Assembly: GCA_003144275.1 (NCBI GenBank)
Contig: NJBF01000043.1
Location: forward strand, 1 to 27,290
DNA from: Candidatus Heimdallarchaeota archaeon B3_Heim
GTDB taxonomy: Archaea; Asgardarchaeota; Heimdallarchaeia; Hodarchaeales; Hodarchaeaceae
Length of the DNA stretch: 27,290 nucleotides
Reading direction: 5' to 3'
Shown: in pieces, positions 17,585-25,506 of the stretch
Layout: every line of letters starts with the position of its first letter
How positions within the stretch are numbered: position 1 is the stretch's first letter
Position numbers and translations under genes: made by a program
Notes under the pieces: generated by a model
Databases searched by the model: none
Told to the model about the DNA's origin: nothing
What the model saw: only the letters and a program-made list of their open reading frames with translations

Positions 17585-18536
17585 TGATTTAACCTCCGAC
17601 GTGCTAGGATTAAGAATACATCCTCCAGTGTCGATTGGCGAAGATTAAGTTCTTTAATTTCACCCAAATCTGAATAGATTTCTTGATGTAATATTTTAAC
17701 CAAATTTTTTATTCCCCCAGCAAAAAAAATACTAATTTTCAGATCATTGTCGTTAACAATGTTTTTGACAAAATCCAGAGACTCAATCTGTTTAATTAAC
17801 TCTTGAATTATCATTTTTTGATCGGATACGATTTCCAATGTGTTTTCTTCGCAAAATCTTTCCTTGAGTGACTCTGATGTGCCATCGGCTATTATTTTTC
17901 CTTCATCTAATATTAAAACCCGATCACTTAGAGTTTCTGCTTCATTCATATCATGTGTTGTCAAAATAATGGTCTGATGATTGTTTTTGAGCTCACGAAG
18001 CAGTTCCCAAACAGTATGTTGGGATTGGGGATCAAGTCCTGCTGTAACTTCATCTAGAAATAGTACCTCTGTGTCCATGATTAGATTAATTGCTAGATTT
18101 AATCGCCTTTTCATCCCTCCAGAAAAGTTTTTTACTCTATCTGTTCTTTCAATGAGTCCTAGTCTATCTAAGATTACTTTTGCTTCTCTTTCTAATTTTT
18201 TTTTTGTTTTCCTTGCATTATACCGAAAAATACAAGATTTTCCAATGCTGTGAGTTCTTCATAGAATACTAGTTCTTGTGGAGCAAAGCTAATGCATTTT
18301 CTGACCTCAGCTTGCTCTTTGACAATATCATATCCATTAACAAAAGCGGTACCTTCATCAGGCTTTAGTAAGGTAGTTAACATTTTAAGAATTGTTGATT
18401 TACCAGCACCATTGGGTCCTAATAGACACACTATTTCACCTTTGTTTACGTGAAGATTGATGTGATCAACAACAACCGTCTTATCATATAATTTTGTTAA
18501 ATTTTCAGTTTTAAGCGCGATTGACAATTTTTTCAC
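17581..18536 (-). pseudogene. ABC-2 (DrrA/NodI-like) ATPase split by a frameshift in an A10 tract (18196-18205)
   Basis: Walker A GPNGAGKST is in ORF 18192-18536. The frame of ORF 17581-18114 stays open upstream to 18195 (LEREAKVILDRLGLIERTDRVKNFSGGMKRR) and carries the signature, Walker B LFLDEVTAGLDP and H-loop TTHD. One extra A gives a continuous protein of about 318 aa. Confidence 0.85.
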
Positions 18537-18722
18537 CAGTTATATTTTTTTCAAATTTTTCGTCAAGAACGCAGTAAATTTCGAATTAAATATACCCGGA
18601 GGAGACTTTGAAAATCAAAGTGCGGATGTTTGGAAACAATGATTTTAAGTTGGACAAATTCAATTATTACCACTATCTCTCATAATCTTAAAAGTCATCA
18701 AATATATATTGAGGAACTCTTC

Positions 18723-19466
18723 TTGACTAAAAAGCAATTACAACCCCATATTAAGGTAAATGAAGTTGATAAAATTTGTTTTATCGCTGGAAATCCTGAC
18801 AGGATTCCCCTTATAGCTTCTCACTTAAAAAATTCCAAAAAAATCGCAGAACATCGTGGTCTTATAGCTTACAAGGGATTTACACCATCAAAAAATATCC
18901 CCATAACGGTACTGACAACAGGTATGGGATGTCCTAGTACAGCTATCGTTTTAGAGGAAGCTTATCGTGCAGGTGGAAGAACCTTTATCAGAATTGGATC
19001 TACAGGTTCACTGTTACCAGGAAAACAACATGGGATTGGGTCACTCTATATTCCTTATGCTGCAATACGTGACGATGGAACTTCACCCAAATTTGCCTCA
19101 ATGAAAGTTCCTGCAGTTGCATCTCCTAGTATTTATCAAGCATTATGTCACGCTGCTGACAACCTGCATATTAAATATGAAACAGGATTAGTTTGGTCCT
19201 CTGATATCTATTATCCCGATGATCAAAACCAATATAAAGAGTGGAGTAAGTTTGGGGGAACCTGTGTCGAAATGGAATCATCATTGTTATACATTTTTGG
19301 TCTCAAAAAACAGGTTCAAACAGGTACCATTCTTACTTCGGATGGGAATCTGAATGATGCTGATAGTATATATACAGGGTCGGTTGAGGAGAATCTACAG
19401 AAGTTCGAAACTGGCGTTGTCAACACTATTAAATGCGCGATTTCTGCAGTTGAGATACTCGATTAG
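18723..19466 (+). CDS. Nucleoside phosphorylase, PNP/UDP family (uridine phosphorylase-like)
   Basis: QPHI, AGNPDRI, EHRG, TTGMGCPSTAIVLEE, FIRIGSTGSL, AIRDDGTS, CVEMESS. Probable start is TTG 18723 after GAGGA (18711-18715); the ORF track extends to 18630. Confidence 0.88.
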   Translation: MTKKQLQPHIKVNEVDKICFIAGNPDRIPLIASHLKNSKKIAEHRGLIAYKGFTPSKNIPITVLTTGMGCPSTAIVLEEAYRAGGRTFIRIGSTGSLLPGKQHGIGSLYIPYAAIRDDGTSPKFASMKVPAVASPSIYQALCHAADNLHIKYETGLVWSSDIYYPDDQNQYKEWSKFGGTCVEMESSLLYIFGLKKQVQTGTILTSDGNLNDADSIYTGSVEENLQKFETGVVNTIKCAISAVEILD

Positions 19467-19513
19467 TAGCATTTAGATCATAGACCATGCATGGCTCTTG
19501 ACAGGTGTAACCC

Positions 19514-20536
19514 GTGATGAACTCAAAAGAGAGGGTCCTATTAGCTCTAAAACATCAGGAACCAGATTATGTGCCCCTTTTTGAAGCTTGGATTGAGAGT
19601 GAAATCATGGAACAGTTCAATGGAGATCCTTACTCAACTAGAATACGACTTGGGATGGATTGTCTCCCACTTGGAAATCATCCCTCCAATACTAATGCCT
19701 ATAAGAATGGTATAGATGAGTGGGGTCGAATTTTCAAAGATGGTCAATACAGTGGCGGATTACTCAAAACATTTCGTGATTTAGAACAATATACTGCTCC
19801 CCTATCCCATGCAGCGGATTGGTTTCCTGCAAAGGAAGTAAGGAAAATTAGAGATCAGTATCAAGAAGAATATGCTCTATTTTATGCTTGGCATGATTGT
19901 TCACTCGGATTATCCTACTTATCTATGGGTATGGAAAATTTCTTTTTGGCTTGTTACAATGAGATTGAACTCGTTAAAGCAGTGATCGACAGAAGTACTT
20001 TGTGGACAATTGCTCTTGTTGAAGAAGCAGTCAATAATGAGGTGGATTTCATAGTTTTAGGGGACGATGCAGCAGATAATAGTCGGCCCATGATTTCTCC
20101 TCAAATGTTTCAGGAGTTAATCCTTCCAGAATACAAAAAAATTGTTAAAAACTGTTCAGTTCCTATTATTTGGCACAGTGATGGAAATATTGAATCTTTA
20201 CTCCCTTTTATTATTGATGCGGGATTCTCAGGGGTCCATTCACTGGAATCAAAAGCTGGTATTAACTAACAGAAAATCAAACAGAAGTATGGAGCGAAAC
20301 TTGTGCTTGCGGGGAATGTTGATACTACTCACATTTTATGTCAAGAAGATCTAACTCTTGTCAGAGAAGAGGTTGAACGTACTATACACCAAGGAGCACC
20401 TGGTGGCGGATTCCTTTTTTCCTCCAGTAATAGTCTCTATCCTGGGCATAATATCCAATCGATTACAGAAATGTATCGATACGCCCGTGAGATTGGTAAA
20501 TATCCAATAGTAGAGAACAGAAGAAAACAGGGGTAA
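19514..20536 (+). pseudogene. Uroporphyrinogen decarboxylase/MtaA-CmuA superfamily protein interrupted by an in-frame TAA (20267-20269)
   Basis: MNSKERVLLALKHQEPDYVP, GDDAA, PMISPQMF, WHSDGN, then GIN*QKIKQKYGAKLVLAGNVD...GGFLFSSSNSL. Both ORFs are in the same frame; about 340 aa if read through. Confidence 0.85.
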
Positions 20537-20604
20537 CACAGACCTAGGCGTTTGTTTAAAATAAATATACCAGAAAAAATAGTAAATGTGTGGTTTGTTT
20601 GTAA

Positions 20605-21894
20605 ATGGTTGATAATAGAACTAATTCTCCAGAAGTGAAACTAAAGCAGAAGATTGAGGACCTTTTTTCTTCGAAAATTGATCCTATACATCATTTAAAA
20701 CAGTTAGATTATCCTAAGAAAGCTGGTACAGCTGGAGATAAAAAAGCTGCTAATTATATTGCTTCTACCTTAAAAAATTTCCGTTATGAACCGATCAGCC
20801 AAGGATTTCATTATTTAAAGTCAAATAGGAACTCTAGTCTAAGATTTCCTTTAATTATTTTAATCTGGGGACTGCTCAGTTTACTAAATATTCTATATTT
20901 TACCAACAACAAAATGTTGGGTCTGATAACTCTATCATTACCCTTAGTAATAATTATCGTATTATTCCGATTTGAAGCACTTATGAAATTCTTTTTCAGA
21001 CGAAGAGCGAAAAAATTAGAGGAATTAGAATCGAAAATAAGGAATAATAAATTGACTGAAGGTGAAAAAACACGCTTGATTACCAGTCAAAATGTTTTTA
21101 CCGATATCGGTAATCCCAATGCGCCTCATCAAATTCTATTTACTGCTCATTTTGATTCAATTTCTTCTAAACTTCCTATGAAATTTTCTAAAATAATAGG
21201 AAAATTGGGTTTTGTTTCCTTTTTTCTCTTTTCTATACTATACGCGATTAATTTCATAGGTATGTTCTATTTTGAATGGGATTTTATGGAGTTTTTGACC
21301 CCAGTTTTTGTGATTCTATTAATAACAGCTCTAATACTTTTGGAACTTCTGCTAATCTCACGTAGTTTTAGAGGTAATGAATCACATGGTATTATCGATG
21401 ATGGAAGCGGTGTAGCTATCTTATTAGAGCTCGCTAAGTTTTTAAAAATGCAGAATATGACTGATTATAGATTTACATTTGGGTTTTTTAGTGCTGAGGA
21501 AGCAGGCCTCATAGGATCATCGTATTACCATCGAAATTCACAATTAGATAAAAATACTCACGTAATTTCTGTCGATATGATTGGAGAAAACCCACCATTA
21601 AAATACATTAAGGGAATCAACCCTCTCATAAAAACGTCTATGAATCGTGATTTCAACACACGTATAGCTTCGATTGCAAAGCAGTTAGATATTGAGCTAA
21701 AAGAATCTAGTTTTTTTTATCCAGGGTCTGACTTTGCACATTGGTTATACGATGGTCATCCCACTAATTGGTTGATTAATGGGAGTAAACTTATTCATTC
21801 TCGACACGATAATCTAGCCAACTTGAATAAACCTTTGGTCATAGATGCACTAAAGATACTAATAGCTTATTTTACCTTGAAAATGGCTCCATAA
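20605..21894 (+). CDS. M28 family zinc peptidase with two transmembrane hairpin insertions
   Basis: Zn/catalytic motifs TAHFDS, DDGSGVAILLELA, FSAEEAGLIGS, SVDMIG, GSDF, IHSRHD; four hydrophobic helices inserted. Confidence 0.85.
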   Translation: MVDNRTNSPEVKLKQKIEDLFSSKIDPIHHLKQLDYPKKAGTAGDKKAANYIASTLKNFRYEPISQGFHYLKSNRNSSLRFPLIILIWGLLSLLNILYFTNNKMLGLITLSLPLVIIIVLFRFEALMKFFFRRRAKKLEELESKIRNNKLTEGEKTRLITSQNVFTDIGNPNAPHQILFTAHFDSISSKLPMKFSKIIGKLGFVSFFLFSILYAINFIGMFYFEWDFMEFLTPVFVILLITALILLELLLISRSFRGNESHGIIDDGSGVAILLELAKFLKMQNMTDYRFTFGFFSAEEAGLIGSSYYHRNSQLDKNTHVISVDMIGENPPLKYIKGINPLIKTSMNRDFNTRIASIAKQLDIELKESSFFYPGSDFAHWLYDGHPTNWLINGSKLIHSRHDNLANLNKPLVIDALKILIAYFTLKMAP

Positions 21895-21922
21895 CATGAA
21901 AAAATAATCTTAGGTGTTACCA

Positions 21923-22720
21923 ATGCTAAACAACTCTTATCTTCAGATTCAACTTTTAGCAAGCGAGGTAGATAATGCTGGAATGAATATCTTAGATTTT
22001 ATTAAGAGCCCTCTTCGAGAAAAAGCGATTATAATCCAAGGTGAGTCAATTTTTGCAGATGAAGAACTCGCTTCAAATATAACAAACACTCAATGCTCAT
22101 TAATCTTTTTATCTCGACATAGGGCTAAAAGTTTACGTCCCAGTTTAACGCTTCATCCTATTGGCAATTTTTCACAAGCAGAATTTGGCGGAAAAGATCG
22201 TACCCTGATCAATTGTAACACTTATCTACAGAAACAGTTGTTTTTAAACATAATCAATTTGCATTCCTCAGGAAAGTATGATTTAAAGTATGAATATGAA
22301 ACGAGTGTTGAGGTTACTCATCATGGACCATACACGCCAAATTCTATCACATATATTGAGGTTGGATCCTCAATGGAGCAATGGAACGATTTAGAAGCCT
22401 GTCGACTCATAGCTGAAACTGTGAATATGACGGATTTCGATAACCTCTACGGCCAGAAGACATGGATTTCCAGTATTGGGTTCGGAGGAAATCACTATCC
22501 TCAAAAATTTACCAAACAAATGTGTGAATCAGATTATGCGATTGGCCATATGTGTGCAAAATACGCAATTCCTTATCTAACGCAAGAATTAGTCGAGCAA
22601 ATGATCCAAAAAACATTCCCAACCCCAAAAATCGCGCTATTTGATAAAAAAAGTATGAAACGGAAACAACTAATCCGATCATGGCTTTCTGAATATGATC
22701 TGGAAGTAATCCAAATTTAA
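21923..22720 (+). CDS. dtdA: D-aminoacyl-tRNA deacylase, archaeal/plant DTD2 type
   Basis: FLSRH, PSLTLHPIGNF, EVTHHGP, YIEVGS...W, IGFGGNHY, GHMCAKY. ATG 21923 follows an AGGTG RBS (the ORF track starts at GTG 21914). Confidence 0.9.
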   Translation: MLNNSYLQIQLLASEVDNAGMNILDFIKSPLREKAIIIQGESIFADEELASNITNTQCSLIFLSRHRAKSLRPSLTLHPIGNFSQAEFGGKDRTLINCNTYLQKQLFLNIINLHSSGKYDLKYEYETSVEVTHHGPYTPNSITYIEVGSSMEQWNDLEACRLIAETVNMTDFDNLYGQKTWISSIGFGGNHYPQKFTKQMCESDYAIGHMCAKYAIPYLTQELVEQMIQKTFPTPKIALFDKKSMKRKQLIRSWLSEYDLEVIQI

Positions 22721-22832
22721 ACAGCACTCTTTATTGGAATCCTAATATGCGGTCTTACTAAATCCAGCATAAGAATTTAAAGTAAGTTTTACTCTGGCAC
22801 TATCAGTCGTATATTCAGGAGATAGTGTTGAA

Positions 22833-23198
22833 ATGAAGCTTGTTTTTCCTACTCTTCCCCCTGGAGGATTAGAGTCTATTATTAATCCTCATTTTGGAAA
22901 ATGTGAATCAGTAACTTTTGTAACTGTAGAAAACAAAGAAATTAAGGAAACCAATGTCGTTACTCCGCAGGGTCAACACTCTTGTGCTGCTCTCCCTACT
23001 CTGTTTGCTCAGAATGGAGCCGAGGTTTGCATCGTAGGAGGTATCGGTGGACGTCCCTATATGATCTTACAGGAATATGGTATTAAAACATACCGTGTCA
23101 ATGCAGAGTTAATCAATAAACCTATCAAAGACGTAATCTCCTTCTTCCTCACTAATCAGCTTTCCGAGCTTGAGAATGCATCATGTCAAGACCAATAG
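22833..23198 (+). CDS. NifB/NifX (dinitrogenase Fe-Mo cofactor biosynthesis) family small protein
   Basis: INPHFGKCESVTFV, CIVGGIGGRP, GIKTY; about 120 aa; GGAG RBS upstream. Confidence 0.85.
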   Translation: MKLVFPTLPPGGLESIINPHFGKCESVTFVTVENKEIKETNVVTPQGQHSCAALPTLFAQNGAEVCIVGGIGGRPYMILQEYGIKTYRVNAELINKPIKDVISFFLTNQLSELENASCQDQ

Positions 23199-23224
23199 TG
23201 GAATTTTCAGGAGTTGATTAATTT

Positions 23225-23494
23225 TTGACTTATGATATTCGGTTAAAAGTCATCAAACAAAAAGGAACTTGTGCTGCAGGTCACAAAGTAGGAGATGAGA
23301 TACTTATTTCTTATAAAGACAACAAAATTGAGGGAATGTTATGCTTACATTCCTTAAATTCGATTCTGCCTAAGGTGTTTGCATTGGCGTACGGAGCTGA
23401 ATTCCCATGGTTAGAAGATCCTGATGTTAGTACTCATGCTTGTCCTGACGCATGGAACCCTATGGTATACGAGATAATAAGAATAAAACGTTAG
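23225..23494 (+). CDS. TIGR04076-like small Cys-containing protein
   Basis: KGTCAAGHKVGDE, MLCLHSL, FPW, HACPDAWNPMVYEI pattern; TTG start after GGAG RBS. Confidence 0.8.
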   Translation: MTYDIRLKVIKQKGTCAAGHKVGDEILISYKDNKIEGMLCLHSLNSILPKVFALAYGAEFPWLEDPDVSTHACPDAWNPMVYEIIRIKR

Positions 23495-23563
23495 TTTGAT
23501 CCAATTGAAGAAATCATTCGTCTCTTTGTGATATAAAATTCTAGGACTTGGTTAACAATAAAT

Positions 23564-25261
23564 CTATTTCCCCCATACTGCTACAAAATTTCTTGCTTCG
23601 TGAGCATACTCCATAATCTCCTTTTCGTTATGATACAACTTCTTATTAAGCATACGCTCAATTAATGTTTCTAAGTGCGTTAATTCTATTCTTTCTCTCA
23701 TGGAGGGTTTTTGATCAAAGATTCTCTTCCAATCTTCAAATTGATTTACAAGTAAATCTTGTTCAATAGCAATTGTTTTCAATAGTTTGATTAAGTTTTT
23801 CTCCTTTGCTATCTTTTCTGCTTCGTTTAACAATTCTTGGGCTGATTCTATATTTAATTCCATCAAAGCTAGCTTAAACTGCAATAAGTAGGTTTCTGTA
23901 AGTAACCAATAAGAATTATTTTCTTTACTAATGGATTGTAGCTTTTCAGAAAGTATTTTCACTTCTTTCAGAACAGTTTCATCGTGAGTTGTTTTTAATT
24001 CGAATAATAATAATTCACTCTGGTTTAGTAAAGCTGAAATCGTTAATTCATACCATACAATTTCTTCTTTTGCTATTTCTTGAAATATTGCCAATGCCTG
24101 CATTTTATCAGATAATCTCTTGTTATTTTTTAGAACTATGGCTTTGGATAAACGATATTTCTGTGTGATCAGTGGAATGTCTTTTCGTCTTTTGTATATT
24201 TCCTGGAACTCATCTAAATAGCTTGAAATAGTTTCAGGGGAAAGATTACCAACAAAATTTCTCATTATAACATAAAGGATTTCAGCTATTCCCCAATCCT
24301 GTTCTAAATTTCTATAAATATCTAAAGCTCTTTTAAAACATTCGGAAGCTGATGATAAATCTTCTTTTTCAACATAAACTTCTCCTATATTACCGAGGTT
24401 TATAGCAATAGCTTTTTTGTTATCATGAGCCTCATTTAAGGCTAGACTTTGTTGATAATACTCTAACCCCTGATTTATCTCCCCTTTGTATACTAATGCT
24501 ATTCCTATATTATTTAAGGTGTTCTCTTTCAAAGTAAAAGGTAGAGTTTCTTTTAAAGCTAGACATTTGTGATAATAGTTTATTGATTGATCCAACTCCC
24601 CCAAACTAAGATAAACTCCCCCAATCGTGTAGTAAGAGTACGCACGAAGCAACATATGGTTTAATTCTTCTCCAGTATTCCTGATTTCCACGAAATAATC
24701 AAGAGCACGATGCAATTCCCCCTTAGCAACATATACTGAACCGATCAATTTGAGCGCAAATCCTGATTCCAGTTTCATACCTAATTCTTTATATAAGGAC
24801 AAACTCTTCTCCCCATATTCGAGTGCTTTATCGATCTCCCCTTGATTTTTTTTGATTTGAGCTTGAAGATTATATAAGGCTGCTTTTCTTCTTTTTATTT
24901 TATTAGATTGCGCTTTTGGAACATTGTTAATCATTCCTTCAGCTAATTCAATCAAATCATTACACCCCTCACTTTTATGAGATGCCAGTAAAGAGAAACT
25001 TTTTCTAACAATTGAATCTATCATGAGCAGTGGTTTTTCTAGAATTTTGCTTTTCTGGTATGAATGATGAGCTATGTCAAAAGCCTGGTTGTACTCTCCC
25101 ATTAAGTCAAGAATCTCACTTTTGCGAAGTAATAATAGAATAGTATCTGTATCAGATAATCCTGGTTTTTTCCCCGTTTCTTCGACTTTCAGAAGTGCTT
25201 TTTTGTACTGACCCTCATATATAAAAATCATTATTTGCTTTAATTCTTCTTCTATACTCAT
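23564..25261 (-). CDS. Tetratricopeptide-repeat protein (about 40-aa repeats) with a conserved helical C-terminal region
   Basis: Repeats GEIDKALEY, GELHRALDY, GELDQSINY, GEINQGLEY, EDLSSASEC about 40 aa apart; GGAG RBS upstream. Confidence 0.9.
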   Translation of the reverse strand: MSIEEELKQIMIFIYEGQYKKALLKVEETGKKPGLSDTDTILLLLRKSEILDLMGEYNQAFDIAHHSYQKSKILEKPLLMIDSIVRKSFSLLASHKSEGCNDLIELAEGMINNVPKAQSNKIKRRKAALYNLQAQIKKNQGEIDKALEYGEKSLSLYKELGMKLESGFALKLIGSVYVAKGELHRALDYFVEIRNTGEELNHMLLRAYSYYTIGGVYLSLGELDQSINYYHKCLALKETLPFTLKENTLNNIGIALVYKGEINQGLEYYQQSLALNEAHDNKKAIAINLGNIGEVYVEKEDLSSASECFKRALDIYRNLEQDWGIAEILYVIMRNFVGNLSPETISSYLDEFQEIYKRRKDIPLITQKYRLSKAIVLKNNKRLSDKMQALAIFQEIAKEEIVWYELTISALLNQSELLLFELKTTHDETVLKEVKILSEKLQSISKENNSYWLLTETYLLQFKLALMELNIESAQELLNEAEKIAKEKNLIKLLKTIAIEQDLLVNQFEDWKRIFDQKPSMRERIELTHLETLIERMLNKKLYHNEKEIMEYAHEARNFVAVWGK

Positions 25262-25440
25262 TAAAGTGTTATCTCCTGTATTAAAGAAAAGTAAATAGGC
25301 TACTTCCGCGATGTTAATGTACAGATCTTTTCGTTTTTTGAATTTTATTCGTAGTTGTTTCTCATAATGAAGAATTTAATGAATGTTACTAGAAACATCT
25401 ATCTGTTCACAAAAATTAAAAAATTACCTTTAAAAATTTA

Positions 25441-25460
25441 ACTAAACGAATCTAAACGAA
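25441..25460. repeat. Tandem 10-bp direct repeat [A/T]CTAAACGAA x2
   Basis: ACTAAACGAA TCTAAACGAA in the intergenic region between the two TPR genes. Confidence 0.6.
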
Positions 25461-25506
25461 AAAATACAACACCCACGTCCTTAGTTTCAGAGGTCTTTAA
25501 ATACGA

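Noticed and set aside
22833-23198. Nitrogen fixation inferred from the NifX-like gene
   Set aside because: No nifH/D/K/E/N in the window; stand-alone members of this family are common in non-diazotrophic archaea.
25441-25460. CTAAACGAA tandem repeat as a CRISPR or mobile-element end
   Set aside because: Only two adjacent 10-bp units, no spacers, and no cas, transposase or integrase gene; at most a small slippage duplication or operator.
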